DNA from: Roseburia sp.
GTDB taxonomy: Bacteria; Bacillota; Clostridia; Lachnospirales; Lachnospiraceae
DNA length: 64,000 nt
Reading direction: 5' to 3'
Assembly: GCA_023664265.1 (NCBI GenBank)
Contig: JAMPFV010000002.1
Location: forward strand, 27,223 to 91,222
Shown here: one piece after another, positions 1-8,763 of the stretch
Layout of the letters: each line of letters starts with the position of its first letter
Position numbering within the stretch: position 1 is the first letter of the stretch
Notes under the pieces: model-generated
Seen by the model: only the letters and a program-made list of their open reading frames with translations
Told to the model about the DNA's origin: nothing
The model's database searches: none
Made by a program: the position numbers and the translations under genes

Positions 1-2
1 GG

Positions 3-356
3 AAATTGGCCGAGATTTATATCCTTGCTGACGTTTTGGTAAATCCGTCGAATTAGTAGGCGTTTGGTTATACGGCCTGTGGAATGCCGGTGGTCGCTTT
101 CGAGGCAGGCGGCCGCAAGGAACAGATAACCCGTTTGAAAGATGGATATTTTGCGGAATTTCACAATGCAAAGGATATTGCGGAGGGAAATGCAAAGGAT
201 ATTGCGGAGGGAATTGTATATTGCGCGGAAACCAGGGCGCGTTTGTGGCTTCGGGCAAGGAGCAGCGCATTACGGTATTCGTATGAGAACGTTGCAAAAG
301 AATATTTGGCGCTGATGAAGGCAGCAATTTTAGCAAATGGATTAGAAATATGTTGA
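3..356 (+). pseudogene. GT4-family glycosyltransferase C-terminal remnant (5' end outside window), broken by in-frame TAG TAG
   Basis: Frame 3 reads KLAEIYILADVLVNPSN**AFGYTACGMPVVAFEAGG. This is the canonical GT4 C-terminal block (NPS..E.FG....EA.A.G.PVV), but two consecutive stops at 54-59 sit where the conserved Glu is expected and about 5 residues are missing before ACGMPVV. The listed ORF 84-356 is only the tail. Confidence 0.6.
165..212. repeat. Perfect 24-bp tandem duplication (aatgcaaaggatattgcggaggga x2) inside the GT4 remnant
   Basis: Direct reading: 165-188 and 189-212 are identical and encode NAKDIAEG twice. Confidence 0.95.
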
Positions 357-485
357 TATAAAGTGTGAAAAGGCAAATTGAACGAATTATGGAATGATGG
401 AGACTGTTTCGTGACAGTACAGCAGGATATTAGAACTTCGAAGAAATTATAATATTATTTCGGGAAAGGGAGAGACATCATAAGC

Positions 486-1424
486 ATGCAAAAGAGGCGC
501 ATAATCGGATTAGATATGTTGAGAATATTTGCGACGGTAGGAGTAATTTGCATTCATGCGGGGATTGGAAATTTCTTTACATGGGCTAATGCGGTATTTG
601 TAATGATAAGTGGAGCTTTGTGGTTGGAAAAAGAGGAGATAAATTTGAAAATTCTTTATACAAAGAATATATTGCGTATCGTAACGGCGTTTGTCTTCTG
701 GTCTGCTTTTTATGCCTTTTTTCATTCGGTTGTTTTGCCTAAGATGACAGGAGAATATCCGACAGGCAAAGAGATGCTTGTCATGCTGATACAAGGAAGA
801 TACCATCTGTGGTTCTGCTATCTTATTGTTGGGATTTACATAGGGCTTCCATTCTGGAAAAAAATTGCGGAAAATGAGATGTTGCTAAGATATTTCCTAA
901 TAGTTGCTTTTGTATTTTCCTTTTTGATTCCATGTATTCAAAATATTTCCAAATTAGAATGGACTACGGCGATAACGCAGATTATTCATTGGGACTGGGC
1001 GGAGTATGTGTTTTATTTTATGTCGGGGTATTTTCTGCAAAAACACCATGAGATGAGGAAGAACGGATATGCATTATTTATATATATATTGGGGATAGTA
1101 TCGGTGATATGCATAGTATATGCATGGGGAAATTCAACCAGAGCATTAAAGGAATTGAGCGGCGCATGTTTGGTTTTTGTTTTCTTCATTAACTTGGGAG
1201 ATTATGTAAGTGATTTTAGGGTGAGGCGATTGGTCGAAAAGGGATCAAGCCTTTGCTTTGGAGTCTATTTAATACATGATTTCTTTTTGACGATAATCCG
1301 GATGACCATAACTTTCGACGGAGTGGGAGGGGCTGTTTGTCAAGTAATCGGTACGTTCATTGCCAGTTTGGCAACGGTGTGGCTAATACGTAAAGTGCCT
1401 CATATAGGAAGACATATTACATGA
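486..1424 (+). CDS. Acyltransferase family 3 (AT3) membrane O-acyltransferase
   Basis: 312 aa and polytopic. The N-terminus GLDMLRIFATVGVICIHA is typical of AT3 sugar O-acetyltransferases. RBS-like gggaaagggaga lies upstream. GC content is visibly lower than in neighbouring genes. Confidence 0.7.
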   Translation: MQKRRIIGLDMLRIFATVGVICIHAGIGNFFTWANAVFVMISGALWLEKEEINLKILYTKNILRIVTAFVFWSAFYAFFHSVVLPKMTGEYPTGKEMLVMLIQGRYHLWFCYLIVGIYIGLPFWKKIAENEMLLRYFLIVAFVFSFLIPCIQNISKLEWTTAITQIIHWDWAEYVFYFMSGYFLQKHHEMRKNGYALFIYILGIVSVICIVYAWGNSTRALKELSGACLVFVFFINLGDYVSDFRVRRLVEKGSSLCFGVYLIHDFFLTIIRMTITFDGVGGAVCQVIGTFIASLATVWLIRKVPHIGRHIT

Positions 1425-1561
1425 AACGTATGGACGAGTGCAAGATAAGTCCTATGAAATATGATGTAATTCAAATACTGTGATAAAATACAGATAAAGT
1501 ATAGAATGATATTCCCATGGGAGTATTGCAAAAGAGTATCCGGAGCTGGTGGAAGAGGAAA

Positions 1562-1575
1562 TGCAGCATGCTGCA
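1562..1575. promoter_or_regulatory. 14-bp perfect palindrome tgcagcatgctgca just upstream of the rfbF RBS (possible operator)
   Basis: The sequence equals its own reverse complement. It lies in the 175-bp gap between the AT3 gene and rfbF, about 25 nt before the ATG at 1600. Confidence 0.25.
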
Positions 1576-1599
1576 CATTGATTGGATTGGAGAAGAGAT

Positions 1600-2379
1600 A
1601 TGAAGGTAGTAATTTTAGCAGGCGGACTGGGAACACGAATCAGTGAGGAAAGCCATTTAAAGCCCAAGCCGATGATCGAGATTGGGCAGAAGCCGATTCT
1701 CTGGCATATTATGAAGGAGTATTCGTATTACGGATTTAATGAATTTGTGATTTGCTGTGGTTATAAGCAGCAGGTAATTAAGGAGTGGTTTGCGAATTAT
1801 TATCTGCATAACAGTGACGTGACCTTCGACTTTACGAAGCAGAATGCGATGGAGGTACACACAAATGTAGCGGAGCCGTGGAAAGTTACGTTGGTAGACA
1901 CGGGATTAAACACCATGACAGGCGGCCGTATCAAAAGAATCCAATCGTATGTTGAGAATGATACGTTTATGCTCACCTATGGAGACGCGGTTGCGGACGT
2001 CAATATTAGGGAGCTGTTGGAATTTCATCGGGCGCACGGGAAGATTGCGACCATGACCGCGGTGACGATAGGACAGCGGTTTGGCGTGCTTGAGATTGAG
2101 CAGGATGGGCGAATCAGCCAGTTCCGTGAGAAGAATAATTCCGACGGCGGTGTGATTAATGCCGGGTATATGGTTATGGAGCCGGCGATTTTTGATTATA
2201 TTAAAGGGGATGAGACGGTATTTGAGAAGGAGCCTATTGAGCATGTGGCGTCGGACGGGCAGCTTATGGCATACCGGCACAAGGGCTTCTGGAAGTGTAT
2301 GGATACACAGCGTGACAAGATTAAATTGGAAGAAATGATTGCATCCGGCAATGTGCCTTGGATGCTGTGGGAGAGATAG
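1600..2379 (+). CDS. rfbF: Glucose-1-phosphate cytidylyltransferase
   Basis: MKVVILAGGLGTRISEESHLKPKPMIEIGQKPILWHIM matches the nucleotidyltransferase G-loop and the RfbF/DdhA-type N-terminus. Length is about 259 aa from the ATG at 1600. The ORF-track start at 1582 lacks an RBS. Confidence 0.85.
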   Translation: MKVVILAGGLGTRISEESHLKPKPMIEIGQKPILWHIMKEYSYYGFNEFVICCGYKQQVIKEWFANYYLHNSDVTFDFTKQNAMEVHTNVAEPWKVTLVDTGLNTMTGGRIKRIQSYVENDTFMLTYGDAVADVNIRELLEFHRAHGKIATMTAVTIGQRFGVLEIEQDGRISQFREKNNSDGGVINAGYMVMEPAIFDYIKGDETVFEKEPIEHVASDGQLMAYRHKGFWKCMDTQRDKIKLEEMIASGNVPWMLWER

Positions 2380-2391
2380 GAGAGAAGAAAT

Positions 2392-3747
2392 ATGTTTGAG
2401 AACAAGACGGAAGCGCAGGCCAAGGAAGAAATACTGGGTATGGTAAAGGAATACTGCGAGACCTTTCATAAAAAGAAGGAGTACGCGGAGGGAGACCGTA
2501 TTCCCTATGCGTCGCGAGTGTATGACAGCGCGGAAATGTGTAATCTGGTGGACAGCGCGTTGGAATTTTGGCTGACATCGGGAAGATATACGGAGGAGTT
2601 TGAGAAAAAGCTCGCAAAGTATTTGGGTGTGAAGTTCTGTTCTCTGGTCAATTCCGGTTCGTCGGCGAATCTGAATGCTTTTATGGCGCTGACGTCCCCA
2701 TTGTTGGGAGAGCGCAGGATAAAGCGCGGCGATGAGGTTATAACGGTAGCGGCGGGCTTCCCGACGACAGTGACTCCGGCCATACAGTACGGCGCGGTGC
2801 CGGTGTTTGTGGATGTGACGATTCCGCAGTATAATATTGATGTGACAAAGCTGGAGGACGCCGTGTCCGACAAGACCAAGGCGGTTATGATAGCGCACAC
2901 GCTGGGGAACCCCTTTGACTTGTCGGCGGTAAAGGCCTTCTGTGAGAGGCATCAGCTCTGGCTGGTGGAGGATAATTGTGACGCACTTGGATCAACCTAT
3001 ACGATTGACGGACAGGTGCGGCTTACCGGGACAATCGGGGATATCGGGACGTCCAGCTTTTATCCGCCGCACCACATGACAATGGGAGAGGGCGGTGCGG
3101 TCTATACGAACAATCCCATTTTGAATCGGGCGATTCGCTCTTTCAGGGATTGGGGACGGGATTGCGTGTGTCCGTCGGGGCGCGACAATCTCTGCGGACA
3201 TCGCTTTGACCGTCAGTATGGGGAGCTGCCGTTAGGCTATGACCATAAATATGTGTATTCTCATTTCGGCTATAATCTGAAGGCGACGGATTTACAGGCG
3301 GCAATCGGCTGCGCACAGCTTGACAAGTTTCCTTCGTTTGTAGAGCGCAGAAAGCACAATTTTGCAAGACTGCATGCAGCGTTGTCCGGGCTGGAGGACA
3401 AGCTGATTCTTCCGGTGGCCTGTGAGCATTCGGACCCGAGTTGGTTTGGCTTTATGATTACCTGCAGGGAGGGCGTGGATCGTGCCAAGGTGGTTCCGTA
3501 TATTGAGTCCAAGGGCGTTCAGACGCGTATGCTGTTTGCGGGAAATATTGTAAAGCATCCGTGCTTTGATGAGATGCGCGCAGCCGGAGAGGGCTTCCGG
3601 GTTGTCGGCTCGCTTGAGAATACGGACAGAATTATGCGGGATACGTTCTGGGTGGGGGTATATCCCGGAATGACGGATGAGATGATTGATTATATGGCGA
3701 AGACGATTAAAGAAGCTGTGCAGGGAAACGGGAGAGAGAACGGATGA
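2392..3747 (+). CDS. rfbH: CDP-6-deoxy-4-hexulose 3-dehydrase (E1; RfbH/DdhC type, DegT/DnrJ/EryC1 fold)
   Basis: SFYPPHHMTMGEGG has His where aminotransferases carry the Schiff-base Lys. CVCPSGRDNLC is a C-x-C-x7-C iron-sulfur motif, with a further Cys (NCDALG) upstream. 451 aa. Confidence 0.8.
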   Translation: MFENKTEAQAKEEILGMVKEYCETFHKKKEYAEGDRIPYASRVYDSAEMCNLVDSALEFWLTSGRYTEEFEKKLAKYLGVKFCSLVNSGSSANLNAFMALTSPLLGERRIKRGDEVITVAAGFPTTVTPAIQYGAVPVFVDVTIPQYNIDVTKLEDAVSDKTKAVMIAHTLGNPFDLSAVKAFCERHQLWLVEDNCDALGSTYTIDGQVRLTGTIGDIGTSSFYPPHHMTMGEGGAVYTNNPILNRAIRSFRDWGRDCVCPSGRDNLCGHRFDRQYGELPLGYDHKYVYSHFGYNLKATDLQAAIGCAQLDKFPSFVERRKHNFARLHAALSGLEDKLILPVACEHSDPSWFGFMITCREGVDRAKVVPYIESKGVQTRMLFAGNIVKHPCFDEMRAAGEGFRVVGSLENTDRIMRDTFWVGVYPGMTDEMIDYMAKTIKEAVQGNGRENG

Positions 3748-4817
3748 CGAATATGTCTTTTTATAAGGATAAAAGGGTGCTTATTACCGGTCATACCGGC
3801 TTTAAGGGGACTTGGATGTGTGAGGCGCTGCTGATGGCCGGCGCGGAGGTTACGGGCTATGCCTTGGAGCCGCCGACGCGCCCGAGCCTGTTTGCGCTGT
3901 GCAAAATGGCGGACCGGATGCGTTCCATTGCGGGAGATGTCCGCGACTTGGAGCATCTGAAACAGGTTTTCCAAGAGGTGCGGCCGGAACTTGTGATTCA
4001 TATGGCGGCGCAGCCGATCGTGCGGGAGTCGTATAAGAATCCGGTTTACACATATGAGACGAATGTTATGGGAACGGTGAATGTATTGGAGTGCATCCGC
4101 CTGACGGATTCGGTGAGGTCGTTTGTGAATGTGACCACCGATAAAGTGTATAAGAACAGAGAGTGGGCGTGGGGCTATCGAGAGAATGAGGAGCTGAACG
4201 GATACGATCCTTATTCCAACAGCAAGTCCTGTTCCGAGCTGGTGACCGACAGCTATAAGAACGCGTTCTTTGCGGACAGAGCCGTTGCGATTTCGACCTG
4301 CAGGGCCGGCAATGTGATTGGCGGCGGGGATTTTGCGGTTGACAGGATCATACCGGACTGCATTCGGGCGGTTGAGCAGGGAAGGGATATTGTCGTCCGG
4401 AATCCGTACTCGACGAGACCGTATCAGCATGTGCTGGAGCCGGTGATGGCGTATCTGATGCTGGCGCAGCGGCAATATGAGGAGGGCGCGCTTGCGGGGA
4501 GCTACAATATCGGTCCGGACGAATGTGACTGCGTGACGACGGGCAAGATTGTGACGCTGTTCTGCGAGAAGTGGCGGCAGCTGACCCGGCAGGAGCTTGG
4601 GTGGCAGAACTGCCATGACGGCGGGCCGCATGAGGCGAATTTCCTGAAGCTGGACTGCTCCAGAATCAAGTTGGTATTGGGTTGGAGACCGGTATGGCAT
4701 ATTGACACGGCGATTGAGAAGATTGTGACATGGACGGATGCGTATTTTCAAGGGCAGGATGTGGAGGCGAAAATGCGGCAGCAGATTGAGGAATACCGGG
4801 TGCAGGCGGGAGAATGA
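3744..4817 (+). CDS. rfbG: CDP-glucose 4,6-dehydratase
   Basis: Rossmann motif VLITGHTGFKGTW and YSNSKSCSE (YxxxK). 357 aa. ATGA overlap with rfbH. Confidence 0.85.
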   Translation: MTNMSFYKDKRVLITGHTGFKGTWMCEALLMAGAEVTGYALEPPTRPSLFALCKMADRMRSIAGDVRDLEHLKQVFQEVRPELVIHMAAQPIVRESYKNPVYTYETNVMGTVNVLECIRLTDSVRSFVNVTTDKVYKNREWAWGYRENEELNGYDPYSNSKSCSELVTDSYKNAFFADRAVAISTCRAGNVIGGGDFAVDRIIPDCIRAVEQGRDIVVRNPYSTRPYQHVLEPVMAYLMLAQRQYEEGALAGSYNIGPDECDCVTTGKIVTLFCEKWRQLTRQELGWQNCHDGGPHEANFLKLDCSRIKLVLGWRPVWHIDTAIEKIVTWTDAYFQGQDVEAKMRQQIEEYRVQAGE

Positions 4818-4866
4818 AGCCCATGGGACGCATAGGGAAGAGGCTTGGAAGCCGTGCGACGGATAA

Positions 4867-6315
4867 ATGGAGGATGAAATGAAGGGGTTTAAGATGGCGG
4901 ATGTCAGGGAAGCGTTGCGAAAATGCAGGGAAGCGGTAAAGGGCTGTGAGAATCCGATGGAATGGGGAGCGGTAATCATAATAACCGCTTTTGCCATGTT
5001 TACCATGTTTTATTCCGACTTTCAGGGAACGATGGACTTTGCGTTTCAGGTGACAAGGCAGATTTTTCATGGGGATTTTGGAGGTGTGCAGTATATAGCG
5101 GCGCATTCGTATGGGATGACAATGGCAGTTCTTCTGATTGTGTGGATGATTCCGTTCTATCCCTTTGCTGCAATTGCGGGAGAGGATTTCTGGTATTTTG
5201 GCAGTCTGGCGGGGGCTGTATGGAGTAAGCTGTTCTTGTCGTTGATGACCGTGTTTTTTGTAAAAGCTGTTTGCAGCATTGCGAAGCATTTTGAGGTACG
5301 CCGGGAAATCCGGAAATGGCTTCCTCTCTTTTTACTGACATCGGCATTTTATTTTTTCCCGGTGGTCGAGATTGGTCAGTGCGATATTATTGAACTGACA
5401 TTTGTGACATGGGGACTGTATTATTATTTGAAGGAGGATACCAAGAGATTTCTTCTGTTCTTTGCGATTGCGATTCCGATGAAGTGGCTGGCGTTAATGA
5501 TATTCGTCCCGTTGGTTTTGCTGCATCAAAAGAATCCGGTTAAGATTATTGCGGAGGGGGCTTTGGGGGGAAGCCTTTTTGGAGTGAATCTGATAATCCG
5601 GAAAGTGGTTTACGGCAGCTTTCTTGGCGAGTTTACGTCCACGGCCATATCGGGACTGACCTCAACCGCATCAGGTGGCAGTGAGAGTATTGCAGACGGA
5701 ATGGTGATTGAGATAAATTCGATAGAGAATTTTTTTGGCCCGGTTATAGCGGACAGCTCTGTTTTCATCGTTGTATACCTGTTAATCTGTATCTTGGCTT
5801 ATGCAATAAAAAAGGATTGGGAGTTATGGGCAATTTATATTCCCCTGTTGGTATTTTCGTGTTTTCTGGTGCTGACTCCGACCAATTTCTATTGGACGGT
5901 TTTGCTGCTTCCCTTTATGACGATAATGATGTTTTGCAATGGGTATCAATTGCGGCTCTCCATGCTTTTGGAGACGATTGCGGGATGGGCCGCGGTATTT
6001 GTCTCTGTTTTTAGCGCTTCGTGGGTTATCGGCGGTGAGAAGACCTTTGAGTATCTGTTCCTGAGAGGAATTGCGAGAGGGGCAGACGTCAAAACCTTTC
6101 TGGGGAATGAGCATGAATTTGGTGAATTACTCCCATACGCCAATTCCGCGTATGTGGCCTGCATTATCGGACTGTTAATCATTAATCTGCCGGGGCTTGT
6201 CAGGAAGCATGAAGGTGAGGAGCAGACGGCGTTTGACCGTTGGATAATTTGGGGGCGGGTGGCGCTGTTGTTTTTGTGGGTAGTGTTTTTGGTATATTTG
6301 CTGCTGATTCGATAA
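4867..6315 (+). CDS. Polytopic membrane protein, function unknown (possible polymerase, ligase or GT-C)
   Basis: 482 aa and hydrophobic throughout, with one internal loop (FTSTAISGLTSTASGGSESIADG). I recognise no family motif. Confidence 0.55.
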   Translation: MEDEMKGFKMADVREALRKCREAVKGCENPMEWGAVIIITAFAMFTMFYSDFQGTMDFAFQVTRQIFHGDFGGVQYIAAHSYGMTMAVLLIVWMIPFYPFAAIAGEDFWYFGSLAGAVWSKLFLSLMTVFFVKAVCSIAKHFEVRREIRKWLPLFLLTSAFYFFPVVEIGQCDIIELTFVTWGLYYYLKEDTKRFLLFFAIAIPMKWLALMIFVPLVLLHQKNPVKIIAEGALGGSLFGVNLIIRKVVYGSFLGEFTSTAISGLTSTASGGSESIADGMVIEINSIENFFGPVIADSSVFIVVYLLICILAYAIKKDWELWAIYIPLLVFSCFLVLTPTNFYWTVLLLPFMTIMMFCNGYQLRLSMLLETIAGWAAVFVSVFSASWVIGGEKTFEYLFLRGIARGADVKTFLGNEHEFGELLPYANSAYVACIIGLLIINLPGLVRKHEGEEQTAFDRWIIWGRVALLFLWVVFLVYLLLIR

Positions 6316-6352
6316 GAGTCCGGGGTTAGGCGGCAGAAGGAAGGACACGGCT

Positions 6353-7885
6353 ATGAATCGGATAGATACTATGGTTAAAGTATTGAGCAGGAGAATTTCA
6401 AAGGAATTTAAGGCGGCTTTTATCGCAACGCTTGTGATAGGAATGATAGCACATATATATATGTTTACAAACAAGCTTCCGAACTATGATGATTTGAGAA
6501 CTTTGGACGGATTTGGCGCAACCTTTAAGCTGGGCCGATGGTTTTTATGGTTTGTGGGAGCGATAGCATGGCATTTTGATTTCGTATTCAGCCTTCCATG
6601 GATGAACGGACTGATAACGCTGGTGTTTGTTGCGTTGTCCGCGGGGGTTATGGCAGAGCTGCTGAGGATTAAGAGCAATACAGGCAATGTATTGTTGGGA
6701 GCGGCGTTGATTGTGTTTCCGAGTTGGACGAGTTCCTTTTTCTTCATGTTTACGGCTCCGTATTATGCGGTTGCGGTATTTATGGCGGTCTTGGGCGTGT
6801 ATTTGTGCGTAAATTACAAATGGGGAGGAATCTGCTTCATTGTGCTGATGGCGTGCTCCATGGGGATTTATCAGGCATATCTTCCGTTTGCGGCCACGCT
6901 CTGTGTTGTGATTTTGCTGATGAAGCTGTTTGACGGAGAGAAAGCCGTGCAGGTTATAAAAAGCGCGGTATGGTATTTGATAAATATTATATTGAGCGTG
7001 GTTTTGTATTTGATAATAACAAAGCTGTCCCTGCTGATTACCGGTCAGGAGTTGACCCAAACAAAAGGGATTAACACCATGGGGCAGTTTGACGTGGCGC
7101 GTATTTCGGAGATTGTGCAAACGATTTTCGGGAACATAACGGGGGTGTTTCTTGGCAATACGCTGGAAATCAGCTACAATTACGCAACCAGGCTGATGTA
7201 TCTGCTGCTTTTCCTTTGCGGCGTTTACTGCATCATCAGGCTGCTAATCCGGCAATATAAAAATCGGGAATATCTCAGCTGCGCGGCGACGCTTGTCCTG
7301 CTGCTCGCGTTTGAGACAGCGATAAACGGTATCTGGATTATGTGCGCGGACGGCGTCTATTCACTGATGTATTATTCCTATGTGTTCCTGATGCTGCTTC
7401 CGCTCTGTATGCTGGAGCATTCCGCCCGATGGGAGCAGAGTAAGCCGGCCCGCGGAGTGGAATTTATGACGGCCTTCGGGTTGGTAATCGGCATTGTAAG
7501 CTATTGCCACTTTGCCAATGCGGAATATTTGAGCATGGAGCTTTCCTATGAGCAGGCCAAGAGCTACTGCACAACGCTGATAACGCAGATTAAAAGTGCG
7601 GAAGGCTATTCCGACGAGCTTCCGGTGCTGTTTGTGGGACAGGATATTGAGGATGAGGCGTTGTATAAGAATGACGTGATGGACGCGTTTCTCCTCAGCG
7701 GAAGGGACGTCACCTTAGTGGAGGCCTACAGCAGGGAATGGCTGCTTCGGTATTATTGCGGCTTTGATCCGGAATATGCTTCCAAGGAAGCAATCGATGC
7801 GGACAAAATCGCCAAGCTTCCGGTGTATCCGGATGCAGGGGCAATTCAGGTGATTGACGGAGTTGTGGTGATACGGTTGGAGTAA
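6353..7885 (+). CDS. GtrII-like (glucosyltransferase-domain) GT-C membrane protein, paralog 1
   Basis: 510 aa. Shares the N-terminal block FTNKLPNYDDLRTL...GRWFLW with the ORF at 15037 (LTHKLVNWDDINNL...GRWFLK). Many TM segments followed by a C-terminal soluble domain. Confidence 0.55.
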   Translation: MNRIDTMVKVLSRRISKEFKAAFIATLVIGMIAHIYMFTNKLPNYDDLRTLDGFGATFKLGRWFLWFVGAIAWHFDFVFSLPWMNGLITLVFVALSAGVMAELLRIKSNTGNVLLGAALIVFPSWTSSFFFMFTAPYYAVAVFMAVLGVYLCVNYKWGGICFIVLMACSMGIYQAYLPFAATLCVVILLMKLFDGEKAVQVIKSAVWYLINIILSVVLYLIITKLSLLITGQELTQTKGINTMGQFDVARISEIVQTIFGNITGVFLGNTLEISYNYATRLMYLLLFLCGVYCIIRLLIRQYKNREYLSCAATLVLLLAFETAINGIWIMCADGVYSLMYYSYVFLMLLPLCMLEHSARWEQSKPARGVEFMTAFGLVIGIVSYCHFANAEYLSMELSYEQAKSYCTTLITQIKSAEGYSDELPVLFVGQDIEDEALYKNDVMDAFLLSGRDVTLVEAYSREWLLRYYCGFDPEYASKEAIDADKIAKLPVYPDAGAIQVIDGVVVIRLE

Positions 7886-7890
7886 GTCGA

Positions 7891-8763
7891 TTGTGCGGGC
7901 AGGTGATAACCTTGATTATAGCAATAAATTATGCAGACAAAAGCTTCCAAAAAGCGCAGAAGCTGAATTTGGAGACGGCAAGGCAGTGGGGGGCGCAGCG
8001 CACCGTTGCCTATAAGCCGGAGGACATAGACGAGGCTTTTCGCGAAAAGAATAAAGAGATACTGCGCATCAAAAAGGGCAACGGGCTGTATCTCTGGAAG
8101 CCGTATTTCTTAAATAAGGCTTATCAGGAGCTTTGTGACGGGGATTATCTGATATACACGGATGCCGGCTCCGTCTATGTAAACAAGATACAATATTTGA
8201 TTGACTGTATGGAGCGGGAAGGCTTGGATATCATGGCATTCTCCCTGCAAAGGGAGATGCTTGAGAAGAAGTACACCAAGAGAGATGCGTTTGTTATCTT
8301 GGACTGCGACAGGCCAGAATACACGGATACGCCGCAGTCTGTCGGCGGTTATGTGGTTTTGAGAAAGTCGGATTTTGTGGAGCGGTTTCTCGCGGAGGAC
8401 TTGGCGTATGCGCAGGATGCGCGCGTGATTACGGAGCGGGAGAACACGCAGGGAAAGCCGAATTATCCGGAGTTTGTCGCGCACAGGCATGATCAGTCCG
8501 TTTGGTCATTGATGTCCAAAAAATATGCGTTGAAGCGGTTTCGCGACCCGTCGCAGTTTGGCATGATAAACCGATATGAGCCGGAGGTTGAGGCCCGAAG
8601 CACATTCCCGCAGATATTGGACTCACACCGGATGAATGTCGGCTCCCTTGCCGAATTGCGTTGGAGAAGAAGTAAGACGGGAAGATTTATCGGTAAAGCA
8701 AGGAATAAAATAATAAAATTATATAAGAGGATGTTGGTTCATGCAGGAAATGAAAACCCGTAA
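7891..8763 (+). CDS. Soluble protein of unknown family, possible nucleotide-sugar glycosyltransferase
   Basis: 290 aa, TTG start. Motifs KKGNGLYLWKPYFL, YLIYTDAGS (DxD-like) and HRHDQSVWS. No TM segment. The functional assignment is weak. Confidence 0.35.
   Translation: MCGQVITLIIAINYADKSFQKAQKLNLETARQWGAQRTVAYKPEDIDEAFREKNKEILRIKKGNGLYLWKPYFLNKAYQELCDGDYLIYTDAGSVYVNKIQYLIDCMEREGLDIMAFSLQREMLEKKYTKRDAFVILDCDRPEYTDTPQSVGGYVVLRKSDFVERFLAEDLAYAQDARVITERENTQGKPNYPEFVAHRHDQSVWSLMSKKYALKRFRDPSQFGMINRYEPEVEARSTFPQILDSHRMNVGSLAELRWRRSKTGRFIGKARNKIIKLYKRMLVHAGNENP

Noticed and set aside
3690-5006. A long minus-strand ORF of 438 aa. Similar ones lie at 1906-2952, 22803-23888, 25476-26687, 33626-35038, 40171-41706, 42642-43688, 43689-44762, 47008-48291, 58427-59674 and 59732-60841.
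   Set aside because: All lie antisense to well-supported + strand genes. They are R/P/H/L-rich low-complexity translations with no recognisable motifs. They are typical shadow ORFs of GC-rich coding DNA.
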